Positions 28,329 to 40,055 of a stretch of 64,000 nt of DNA are shown here, piece after piece. Within the stretch, counting starts at the first letter, position 1; each line of letters opens with the position of its first letter. Below the pieces are notes generated by a model that searched no databases, was not told where the DNA came from, and worked only from the letters and a program-made list of their open reading frames with translations. The position numbers and the translations under genes were made by a program. Source of the stretch: Neodothiora populina (Eukaryota); the NCBI RefSeq assembly GCF_041146345.1, contig NW_027191408.1, positions 744,001 through 808,000 of the forward strand. The letters are read 5' to 3'.

Positions 28329-30049
28329 GAAGCCCTCGATCCAACTATTGAACAATACAAACAGCGCGTTTGTTACGACAGATGACCGCACTACCACATA
28401 ACTATTTCAATGACCTTCGAGCCTATAAAGGCGAACGCACGGATTTCGTTATCATCTCATATTATTGGCATACATGCCATCATTAATCCTCATATCTCTT
28501 ATTCGGATTGGACTGGGCGGGTCACGATCTGCTTTTCAGCATCGGCGTTCACGGCGAAGAGGGGAACGGGCTACTCTGGGGATAATACACCGTGGAAGCT
28601 TTTTTTTGGTTAAGGCAACACATCCAAACACACACACTCATACTTGATATCCGGAGGCGGGCCTTATTTCATTTGTTCTTTTTCTTTTTCGTTATAACAT
28701 CCCACAGCGGATCTGGGGGGTCGTCCGCTTGTTTCAAGAGCTGACGCGGATGCTGACGGTAGCACCGAAAAGTGTTGATCAGGAATATCCTCGATCAAAA
28801 GGAGCAATCCAATTCTCAGGCTGCGAGTCAGCCTAGTTAGGAATAGCAATGTAATCTGCAAGGTTTTAATCCAAATTTCAGTTCTTTTCACTATCAGACT
28901 CGATCGATTATGATTAGTATATATTCTGCGAGTACTGCACGATCGATCTTGAGACAAGAGGCGCGTATAGACATGCTGTTGTGGTATGATGTTTTCTAGC
29001 CCTGCATATCAGACATACTGTATATCAGCATGAAGCAGTTTGGGGTCGCGAATAGCTGCAGCAAAGGGAAAGACAGGCAGCGGATGTCTTGCCGGCTCCC
29101 CAGGAAATTTGGAGATCACCCTTTCCACTAATTTATAGCTGGAGCGAATCGAAGCAAACTGATGACGGGCAGGCCGTGCACGGGGTACAGCACATACAAG
29201 TACTTCACACTTGTACATCAGGGCATGTACGAAGGTAAGGTAATTACTCGCGTGAAACGATCAGGTACAAGTACCTTACCTTACCTTGCTTTGAAGTTCT
29301 ACAAAGATCTTGCATCCTAAGAGCACTAGAGTCCACATTCCCGACCATATATATATGTTACGTACCTGTGCACACTCGTGATGCTGAAAAAAATCCCCTT
29401 AGCGCCTTTTCCTGTTGGTTTACTGGCATCGTTGCCCACGGTGTCGTCCTTTGCCAACTCTGGCTACAGTAGCTATGTGCTCTAAGGAGCATAACTTATG
29501 CTACACGAGTGAGCAGCCCAAGAGTAGAATAAGAAGCAGTTATGTGGACCACATCTTCCTCTCATAGATCCCTATATGAGGTTCAGCGCAAGGAGCTACA
29601 TAACGCGCCTCGATGTGATGTAGTGCATACCCTTTACGATAATTTGGACACTCTTGTGCAACCTTGATTGAATTTGATCGAATGCGACATTCGCAGAATC
29701 GTTCATCGTTGCAGCTGCACACAATCGTAGCAGTTAGTTCCTCGTTTTTCAGGACAGCCACTGGGTGCTACGCTACGCTTCTTTGAAGGGTATATGCTCT
29801 AGGTAGGGAAAACCTCATTCAGAGGTGAATGGGCCACGTTCGACACTCTTTCCTATTGCGTCAACGTTTATTACTGTTCTTTCCTCTTCAGCATCCATCA
29901 CATCCTGACTCGGAACTTCATGCGTACTGGTCAACCTGTCTTTTCGTAGCTATTGCTTATGTTCACTTCTCGGATGCTTGAAAGTCCTGGTATCACGGAC
30001 TGAGGACTGTAACATGTGGCTGGGTGCTGATCATGTGTCTGCACGAGAA

Positions 30050-32329
30050 ATGGCGAGCAGTAATGCTACCACTGCTGCCTCTTGGCCTGCGAAGGATGTT
30101 AGTCCATCGTCAGTTCGCAAGATCAACGCCTTTGAAGAAGCTGATATTGGATCGTAGATTGCATATGTGGCTACCGTAGGAGGTGTAATGCTTGCAGCGC
30201 TGCTCGAGTGGTTCCTATGGATCGCTGCTTTCCTCTATTGCCTTGCAAAGGTATATCAGAAAGCTGAAGACTGGAGTATACGCATGCTGGCTATAGTCAT
30301 AGCCGTTTTCTTTACCAGTCTACGGTGAGTGGCTTTGAAGAAAGTGTCCCGAACGAGCTTGCTAATGCCACCATACAGTGCTGTATTCCTACCAATCATG
30401 ATAGTCACTCTTCCACTACCATCACAGATAGTCAAGTACTTCCCCACCGAGATGGTCGTCTTCTTGCAGTGGTTCGCCTTCTGGTCATTCGCAGGTCTGC
30501 TGATCCTCCCATGGCTGCTTTGCGTATATCAACTCACGACAAAATCTTTTGGACGGGCCAGACGCATAAAGTATGTACTGGACGAGGGCTCGGCGCCAAA
30601 AGTAGTTATAATCATGCCATGCTACAAGGAGATACCAGAAATCCTTCTTCGGACCGTTGACTCATTTGCGGACTGTGAGTATCCACCGTCATGTTTGCAT
30701 GTCTTCTTGTCATTTGATGGAGATCAAGAGGACGACCTGTATCTGAACACGATAGAAAAACTTGGCGTCCCTCTGACACTGAACACTTACCCCAAGAGTA
30801 TCGATGTGACCTACCGGAGTACTCGGATGACGGTATCTAGGTTCCCTCATGGAGGTAAAAGACATTGTCAAAAGAGGACGTTCAGACTGATCGATAAGGT
30901 TTATGCTGAATATCTCAAGCGTAACGATGATTTGTTTTTGCTCTTCATTGACTCCGACTGTATACTGGACAAAGCTTGTATCCAGAACTTCATGTTCGAG
31001 ATGGAGCTCAAACCTGGCAGTAAGCGAAACATGCTTGCAATGACCGGCGTCATCACGTCGACTACGGAAAGGAACAGTCTCATCACGGTCCTGCAAGACA
31101 TGGAGTATATCCACGGGCAGCTATTCGAGAGATCGGTCGAGTCAGGCTGTGGTTCGGTCACTTGTCTGCCTGGAGCGCTCAGCATGCTGCGGTTTTCGGC
31201 CTTCAGAAAGATGGCCAAATACTACTTTGCCGACAAAGCAGAGCAATGTGATGATCTCTTCGACTATGGAAAATGCCACCTTGGAGAAGACCGTTGGCTG
31301 ACACATCTTTTCATGATCGGCGCCAAAGAGAGATATCAGATCTCAATGAACACCGGCGCTTTCTGCAAGACCGAAGCCGTAAAGACATATCAATCATTGC
31401 TCAAGCAGCGCAGACGATGGTTCTTGGGGTTTATAACGAACGAAGTCTGTATGCTCACTGATATTCGCCTATGGAAGCGATATCCTCTCTTGTGTCTGGT
31501 CCGCTTTTGCCAAAACACTATCCGAACCACGGCTCTTCTCTTCTTCATAATGGTCATCTCGCTCATCACCACCTCGCAAAAAATCAAGAGCCTACCAGTC
31601 GGGTTCATCGCAGTGTCGCTCGGGTTGAACTGGGTGCTGATGCTATATTTCGGTGCCAAACTGGGCAGATACAAAATCATGCTGTACCCACTCATGTTCG
31701 TGGTGAATCCCTTCTTCAACTGGGTCTACATGGTCTATGGGATTTTCACAGCAGGCCAACGCACCTGGGGCGGGCCACGCGCAGACGCCGGAGCAGCAAA
31801 CATGACCACGACACCCCAAGCCGCCATCGAACACGCCGAGGCAACAGGCGATGATCTGAACGTGGTTCCTGAGACGTTCAAGCCCGCCATCGAAGCAGCA
31901 GCAGCAGCAGCAGCAGCAACAACCACCCGCACCAAATCACCCAAAACAAACCTCGTCCAGCCACCAAACACCGTAGCAGGAAAATTCGCCGCGGCCGAAC
32001 TCATGCCAGGCGGATGGTACAGCCAGCCCGACCCACAAGTCGCATCACATGCAGAGACCCAATTGCGACACACGGATACTTTGCGCCGCAGCAGTGGCGA
32101 CTCAGCCTACACCTGCGCCTCAACAGGAGGAGAATCAATCAATCTCCCGCGCAGAGTCGAGAGCATCGTCGCGCCAGATGACGCGAGCGTCTATCGGCGT
32201 GGGCAAGCGACGCAGAGGCCGGCGGGGTGGTTGAGGAACATGTATCAGCGGCAGCAGAGGAGCAGTCATGGCGCAGACATGCATGCTCAGTTCACCAATA
32301 TGACATCTGATTTCGCCGTCGGACCATAA
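30050..32329 (+). CDS. Chitin synthase, GT2, class VI-type (short, divergent division)
   Basis: Exons 30050-30097, 30158-30324, 30379-32329. Motifs FIDSD, QDMEY, CLPGA, LGEDRWLT, QRRRW and TWGGPR; N-terminal TM segments LLEWFLW. Confidence 0.9.
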
Positions 32330-33251
32330 AGGGGACAACCCTCTGCGCGTTGCACACTACCCGAGAACACACCCCATAGACTGTGAGCGTACCAGTGCGA
32401 GAATGGCGATGGACAGACAGCCAAGTGCAGTTCAAAGCAACGCCACGACAGATGCGATGGTCACTATGCCAGCACGACGAGTCGCCGACCGCTCGCGAGT
32501 AGATGGCAGGGATGTAGTTGTCACGAAGAAAGGAAGCAGAACAAGAAGACGCATTTTGACCTTGACTGCTCGGGAGCTGAGGGTCGCGACGTTTGAGAAC
32601 GAAATTGGGACATCCGATCGGATTGAGACAAGTGAGGGCGGAAGGCGAAGACGACAAGAGGCCGAAAGCGCAAAGTGCGGCAATGGATGCTGAGAACAGC
32701 GCTTCTTTTCCTGCGAGACAGAGACATAGACTGAGTAAGACGAGGGGGCAGTAAAAGTGGTCGAACAGTCAAGAGGTATAATGTATGCACGTGCAGCTTG
32801 GCTGGGAGGGAAAGAGTATGGTTTACTGGGCTTGATTATGAAGACTACATCCGTCTCGATGCGATGCGATTCCCCTAGCATGCGTTTCTCAAATGCCATA
32901 AACCCGCCCTTATACATCCCCTTCTGTCCCAAGCCCTCAAAGTATATCGGATCGAAGTCCCTATTGTGCCGAGTTCCATTAGCATCATGTGCAGAAAACA
33001 GCAATATCTTGTCTTGAACAGTGAAAAGGGTTTTCTCTTTCGTAAATCAGAGAGGCTCGCATGCGTAAATTTTGTAACCATTGTTTTTGTCTTAAAGACT
33101 AATCGAATTTTTTTATAGTATCATCATGTGAAGAGGAAAAAAAAGATGATAGTCGGCGATGTGGTGCCGAGGGAGAACATACCTTTTGGGAAGAGGGTTG
33201 CTTGTGCGAGCACGAGAGTGTCAAAAGCACAAATCATGTATCGTTGTGTTT

Positions 33252-34202
33252 TCAAGCCTCCGTGCTGGCTTTGCCATCAGTCGGCGACGATGCTGCCGAC
33301 GCCAGTGGTGCGCCGTCAAGTGTCAAGATGATCTCGTCACTAGGATATCTCAGCGCCACGCCGAGGCCCTCAAGACCACACTTCTGAACAGCAGCCTGAT
33401 TCCACACAAACTGCCTGATCAGGCCATCCAAAGCAGCGACATAGAGAAAAGCCATGGGGAGCTCACTCCTGGCAATGGCGTCCCTGACGCCTTTGGTAGC
33501 CGGTTTACTAGCAGCGAGCAGACCGATAGCTGCGAGGCCCTTGAATGCCGGCGGGGCAGACTGCATTGCGCCCTCGAGCTCGCGCACAAAGACTGCTTGG
33601 GGCGCAGACGCTTTGCATTGCACGATTGCAGGGAACGAACGTGACAAGGACGGCAAAGCCCATTGGCCCAGGAGATCTATCCCTAGATCCGAGGCGCCGC
33701 CGACACGTGTGAGGTCGAACCCGAGGCGCACGAGTGAGGCTGCTACGGTGTATTCGTAGTGCGTGCCGACGTATACATTGCTCGTCGGTGACAGTGCGGC
33801 TGACTGGGCGTGGGCGAGGAAGGAGGCGAGGTCGTGGTGGTTGTGAGATGCAGACACGACGCGCGAGAGCAGGGTGACGGGAGCATTGGGAGTAGTGCTT
33901 TCCGTTTTGAGTGCTTTTGGTTTCCGACCTCTTTTGGGCCTGGGTGGTAGGGCCTCGAGTGAGGAGTCTTGAGACTTCTTGCTCGTGAGAGTAGGGTCTG
34001 CTGACTCAGCTACAGATGCAACAGGGGCATTGGTCTGCGCATCTTGGTCTGTCGGGGCTGGACTCTTTCGAGTTCTATACCGCCTTGCCTGGATGGAAAA
34101 GCCAGACAACCCAAGTAAGTCAATGCTTGGATGACAGAGGAATGAGGGGGATATTGGACATATTGTCCGCTCGAGTGGTTTCAAGACATGCTGTACTCGC
34201 AT
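33252..34202 (-). CDS. RRG7: RRG7/DUF2034 mitochondrial protein, PD-(D/E)XK nuclease-like fold
   Basis: Motifs YVGTHYEY, RVGGASDLGIDLLGQW, IVQCKA and VRELEG; N-terminus could be a mitochondrial presequence. Confidence 0.8.
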   Translation of the reverse strand: MRVQHVLKPLERTICPISPSFLCHPSIDLLGLSGFSIQARRYRTRKSPAPTDQDAQTNAPVASVAESADPTLTSKKSQDSSLEALPPRPKRGRKPKALKTESTTPNAPVTLLSRVVSASHNHHDLASFLAHAQSAALSPTSNVYVGTHYEYTVAASLVRLGFDLTRVGGASDLGIDLLGQWALPSLSRSFPAIVQCKASAPQAVFVRELEGAMQSAPPAFKGLAAIGLLAASKPATKGVRDAIARSELPMAFLYVAALDGLIRQFVWNQAAVQKCGLEGLGVALRYPSDEIILTLDGAPLASAASSPTDGKASTEA

Positions 34203-34520
34203 GGAATAGTCGACCACCGAACAAGGGAAATTCGGCGTCTGGGATGTTTACAATCAAGCATCACACCAAGGATTTGCAGACTTTTATATGAAATGTTGAT
34301 TTGCGTTTCACTCGAGCTTTTCGGCTCTTCGGCGCAAGAGACGCCGGTGCCAAGACTGATTAGCAGCTGTCTCGGGCCGCTTCTGTTTATCTATCGCCGT
34401 ATCTCACTTATCTCACGCAATATGAGGTTCATGCCTAAGGTAGGTAATAATACTCATTGATTGATATTGATCTTACCTCACCCATATCATCATCTTGATC
34501 CTGCAACACCGCTCCCCAAA

Positions 34521-35087
34521 ATGGCAGACAGACTGACCCAGCTACAAGACTGCTACGACGACGTAAGCGCCCCTCCCAAGTGAATGCCCCATCCACGAAC
34601 ACTAACACCCCCGACCCAGCTCCAAACACAAATGTTCGCCTGCATAGACTACATCCGAACGCGGCACCAATACGAGGCCATCGAAGGCCAACCAGACATG
34701 AACCCGCACTCCTCCACTTCAGCGAACCCCTCCGCGCTCACCAACGGCGGCACGGCGAATGGAGGCGACGCCCACCAGCAGAACCAGAACGGACAACAGC
34801 CACAAAACGACTCGGCAGACGGCCTCACGCCCGACCCGCCCGAAGTCTTCAAATCCGCGCTCACAGAGCTCGCGCGCGACCTGGTCATCAAAGAGCAGCA
34901 GATCGAGTACATCATCAGCGTGCTGCCGGGGATCGGCAACAGCGAGGCGGATCAGGATGCGAGGATCCGCGCGCTGCAGACGGAGCTCAGAGAGGCTGAT
35001 GCGCTGAGGACGTTGGCGATGCAGGAACGAGAGCAGATGTTGGGACTCATTGGGGATCTGGCAGCGACGTGTAAGAGGGTTTATTGA
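34521..35087 (+). CDS. MED21: Mediator subunit Med21 (Srb7)
   Basis: [10 protein letters not shown] start, intron 34563-34619, [22 protein letters not shown]. Confidence 0.93.
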
Positions 35088-35542
35088 TCCATGCTCTGGT
35101 TGTGTTCGACGGCTTCGTTGCTTCTAACAGCAGCAGCGTTGGTTGCGTCTAATCACTTCTTGTCAGATCAACTGGACTCCTGCCCCTCGGTGCCGCCACC
35201 CCACAAGGACCCGAAAGCAAAAGTCACGCGCATCTCTTGCGACCTTTGCGCCAAACGCTATGTGCATCGCGACTTCAAGAGCCTGTGACCTCCGCAGAGT
35301 CATGGAGCGCTGAACCCTGCACTATCGATTGTTCACTCAGATTATCCTCTACCAGCAACACGGCAGCTTGCCGTGGGGCGAATAACACTCAAAAGGCACA
35401 TCCATACTCGACCCACGAGTGCGACAAACAAGCTCTCTTCCTCGGCCACATGTCATTGGCTTATTTGCCGAACGATTCGAGAGGTCCTTGTGCCTACTCT
35501 TTGACCTCTCACTTCATATCCAACAAGCTACGCAAACACGTA

Positions 35543-35560
35543 CACACACACACACACACA
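35543..35560 (+). repeat. (CA)n microsatellite
   Basis: cacacacacacacacaca. Confidence 0.9.
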
Positions 35561-35999
35561 TCACTTGAGTGGACAATTCCAATTGGTTCAACGGCGTAGT
35601 CGTGATTTGATATATTGTACAGGCTTGCGAGTATTAAATTTCATCATCAACAACGAAAAAGCCCAGCCAGCCCGAGAAAACACACCTATTCGCGCGCAAC
35701 AAGACGGGGAGAGCTTCTAGGAAAGTCCAACAGACGGATCAGAAAGACTCGCAGAGAGCATGGTAGTGTGGTGAGAGGAGTGAGAACAGAGGTCAACAGG
35801 CCTGAAGTCATGGTAGTTGAAGGAAAGCCTGATCAGTTAATCAATCGTATCGAAATTCGTCCTTCTTCATTCTCTCTTCTTCTTTGTTGAGGAAACCAGA
35901 TCTCTTGCGTCCCGTGCACGGTTCAGATGACATGGAGGTGATGGAATGGGTCGGCTCATCCTTCTTCTTCAGGCCGGTGTGATAAGGCACGATAGGCGC

Positions 36000-36791
36000 T
36001 TATTTCTTGGTGGGGTACTTCTTGAAGAAGTATCTGTGCGACATTTATTAGACTCATGCGCAAGAGAGGATATTCGAAAATAGCAAAACTGTCTTGCAAC
36101 CGACAAAGCACTTACTGGCTTGTGTAAAAGTCGGCGACGGCAAAGAGACCGACAACACCAGCCCAAGCGCCAGCGACCTTCCAGGTGAGCTCGCCGACAG
36201 AGTACTTTCTGTAAGCACCGTAGCCGAGGAGACCACCGAGGACAGTGATGCCGATGGCGTTGGACAGAACAACAGGGTTCTCCTTGTTCTTGTCGGCCTT
36301 TGCGGCGAGCTTCTTGGCTTGCTCCTTTGCGCGCTCGGCCTCCTGCTTGAGCTTTTCTTCCTGCTCACGTGCCTCGGCCTCGAGCTCGTGCTCGCGCTGT
36401 TGCGTCTCGGTCTTGATCTCTTGGGATTCAAAGTCCGAGGGCACCGAAGAGATGTGAGGGCTGTCTACGTCGATGAGCGAGTGCACCTCGTCGTCGGTGT
36501 GCTTGATCTCTGGGGGAGCGGGGGCGCGCCTGTTTGGTCGTGTGGTTAGCTTCGTGTTGGCTGTCTACTTGCACGTCTACAAGATAGTTTCCGAATGCGC
36601 CGTGAGATTGCCATCGATTAGAACGGATGTGACAGGTCTGAAAGCTGCTGGAGAGGACCCGGGGCTTGGGGGTGTTTACTTACTTCTGCGCAAGATTGTC
36701 AGTATAGCTTCACTGTATAGATCAAAGACGAATTACTCACCTCCTCCTCGCTCTGCTCAGGACCACTTGCGGCAACGGAAGCGTAGGACAT
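36000..36791 (-). CDS. Mitochondrial outer membrane protein OM14-like
   Basis: Exons 36791-36741, 36685-36684 (2 nt), 36529-36116, 36033-36000. Protein MSYASVAASGPEQSEEEKRAPAPPE...SLIDVDSPHISSVPSDF...NPVVLSN, two hydrophobic segments, ending YFFKKYPTKK. Confidence 0.8.
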
Positions 36792-37915
36792 GGTGGGTAC
36801 TGGTGACGAGTGGTTCTCCGTCTCGCTGTTGGGACGTTGAAGAAGAGAGGATGGGTCTGCCACGGTGAATAGAGTGTTTAGTATCAAGTAACCACAACGT
36901 TTAGCTGCGGATAAACTTGATGATGAGAAATTCCAGAAAAAGGAAAGATAAGGGTGGGGGGAAAGGGAAGCGTGGAAAGAGTCGGGATCGGGTTGTAGCT
37001 AAGGTAAGGTACTGTAAGGTAGGCAGGTGCAGTAATGGTACAGTAGCAGAAACAGCAGTAGCAGCGGTTATCAGTACAAAGGTAGCAAGCGCGGATTAAC
37101 GGTTTAACTTCTTGCGCAAACGAAACTCACATGCAAATCTGAACCTGAACCCGAATCTGACGACAAGCAGGGAATGCCGCTCCAATTGCCTTCTGCTGCT
37201 GATGCTTGGCTTATGTCATTGGCTAATCATCCAATATTCAGGGCACTTTACGGATCTGATCTCATTTGTTAATTGCTACAAGTACTGGGTCCACTCTGAA
37301 TTCTATGACAGGCTGGGTAGCGGACAGTAGCAATACACTGGGAGCCATGTAAAGCAAATACCGTGGGTCCTCTGTAGCAAGAAGCCTTATGTATACCTTA
37401 TCCATACAAATGGGCGAATAGAGGTAACCTTGTGTGCCAACATCCAGAGCTGTGTGAATAATTCTTCCATCATCATTTCGTATCTAAAGCCTTCGCTTTG
37501 CTTCTTTGTTTCCTTTCATGGAGCTCGATCCTGTCCACACAACCTCATATTGAGGCGCTGGTCCCAAATGTACAGTACCGTCCATAAACAGCCGCTGCTC
37601 TATGACTCGCTTGCCCACTGATCGCACAAGCACCTATACTCAGCGTCATGCTCTGAGCTATTCATGATACACCAATCCATCACTTTGGGATCTGTCAAAT
37701 GCCCTATCAGAGATCGGAGAAACAGACTCACATTAGAGCCAGCGCACTACATCTCTAGATATGACCATAGCATACTCTTCGCTCTATAGATACATAAAAA
37801 GGGGTGGGAGAGTGTGGTACTGCTTTTCTTTTTTGTCTCAGCCGTATAGTCCTTGTGTGTGCCCTTTATGCTGCGATAGTGTACAGAGCCCTATTTTACA
37901 ATCAAGACAAACCGC

Positions 37916-38930
37916 CTATTTCGACTCGTGCCATGCCTTGGGAACTATCTCGTCTGTTTCCGAGATTGGCTCACCGTGCTCGGCCTTGACCTGCTTGAGG
38001 GCAGCCTGTGCCCGCTCTGTCTTTCCTTGCGCCTCGTCTGGATGGCTGGGTCCATCTGCGACCTTCTCGCCTCTAGCAACAGCAGCAGCAGGTTGTGCTG
38101 CGCCGTCGTTCTCTGCACCCTCGGGAGCCGGAGCCTCATCTTCCGGTGCTTCGTCGTCATCAATCTCCGCCCCGTAGATGTCTGGATGTTCGCGGAAGCA
38201 GTTTTGCATGTTCCTACACAGACGATGTTAGTTTATGCAAGTCGATGTGAATACTGCGCCCCAACATACTTGAATTTGTCGATGCAATCCACACCCTTGG
38301 GCTCCTCCTGTGAGTAGACAAAGCAGCTGAAGGCTTCTCTGAACTGCTCTCCGCAGGGGCCGTGGGCCATTCCTCCGAGACAGGGGCAGTCCCAGTTGAT
38401 CTCGCCAGTCTCCTCGTTGAATGCACCCTGTTGACTTGCCTCATCCTCGAGCTCTCCGGGCGATCCAGACGCGGCAATGTCGGCCGGTGTTGCTTGCTCG
38501 CCAACGACACCCTCGGAACCGGAGGGCGTTGCTGCTTCTGCTTGTCGCTGGGCTGCCGCGAGCTCGGCCTTTGCACGCGCTTCCCGCTTTGCAACTACTG
38601 CATCCAAAGTGACAACATTTGTGTCCGGCTCAATGGGTGTTTCCGGGGGTGGGAGGACTCTGACTGTGAATTGTTAGGGCCCATCTTCCTTTCCAACCAC
38701 CAATGGGACCTGCGATTGCGCTTACGAGCTGGTTCTTCGGCGAAAATGTTACTCGTGTTGTAGTAGTACACCAAAGCACCGGCGAGCGTCCATCTGACTG
38801 CACTGTTCTTCCAGCTGCGCGACGTCTTGTGAGGAGGAGCGGTGGTTAGAAATCGTGGAGTTTGCGCGCTCCGCGTGAGGTTCCGGGGAGTGCTCTGCAC
38901 GAGGACACGACGAGCCGTAGGGCGGAACAT
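37916..38930 (-). CDS. MIA40: Mitochondrial intermembrane space import oxidoreductase Mia40
   Basis: Presequence [10 protein letters not shown] segment, [29 protein letters not shown] and CIDKFKNMQNCF (CPC plus twin CX9C). Introns 38725-38664 and 38269-38214. Confidence 0.96.
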
Positions 38931-39212
38931 GATGGGCGACAGTAGACGGGACAAAGGGAATGCAGAATGATTAGACAGTAGGGCCCATCCGGCGAGAAGG
39001 CAAGATACAGAATTATGGTAGAAGTAGAAACACTTCATCATCGAGATGCTCCGGCCAAGCTTGACTCCGAGATGCGGCTTTCGCCGATCAGGAACCCTTC
39101 AGCCACACGACTGCGAGCCACGCTTCAAGCCCAATGGTCGACTCGCACATTTCGCGACACATATATTTTGCTGTGTGACGTTGCTCAAATACTGTGCAGG
39201 TGCAGGTACACT

Positions 39213-40055
39213 ATGCTACGGGACCAGCAGTGTTACGAGGTTTCGCCAACTAGATATCTTGAGACCTCGCCTGATCGTGAGAGTGACGATGATTGTAAGA
39301 CTGCCCTCATCATTTTGAACCAGCCTATTGCAGACATAGAGGTCTTGGGCCGGCTCTGGAAGCACGCGGGATATCGTCTTTGCGCAGACGGAGGTGCGAA
39401 TCAGCTGTATGAATTGTTCAATGACAAGCCGGACCTGCGGAGCAGCTTTGTAAGATGAAACTAAGACTCGTTACCCTGAAGGACCGGACGTTGATTAGCA
39501 TAGCTGCCCAGCATCATTCATGGCGACCTTGATTCTTTACGGAACGATGTCGAACAATACTACCGCGACCAAGGTGTAGAGGTCACGAAAGATCCCGATC
39601 AGTATAGTACGGACTTCGGTAAGGGCATTAAGCAAATTCTACGCGATCAGCCGTCGGTTCGCCACTTCCTTGTCTTGGGCACCATTGCTGGCCGCCTCGA
39701 TCAGGGTATTGGTCTTCTAGGCGAAATGTATCGTGAACAACACTCCAAACACCATCCGGGCATACGACTCTGGCTTTTCTCCGAGTCCAGTATCTCATTC
39801 ATATTAGATGCTGGCAAGACCGTCATCCATAGTCCCTTAGCTCAAGGCCTCATCACGCGAAACATTGGCATCTTGCCTGTGTATGGGCCAGCTCATATCA
39901 CCACCCAAGGACTGGAATGGGATGTTCAGGACTGGCCTACTCATATGGGCGGCCAAATCAGTACAAGCAACCATATCGTTGAAGACCAAATAACCATCGA
40001 AACCGACACCGAGGTTCTCTTCACAGTCGAACGCAACTGCGAAACATCGGGATGA
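39213..40055 (+). CDS. THI80: Thiamine pyrophosphokinase
   Basis: Motifs LIILNQ, CADGGAN, intron 39450-39503, IHGDLDS, DQYSTDF, GRLDQ, TQGLEWD and STSN. Confidence 0.93.

Noticed and set aside
36530..36740. Stwintron interpretation of the two adjacent OM14-like introns
   Set aside because: Neither intron interrupts a splice signal of the other, and the reading frame needs the 2 nt to be retained.
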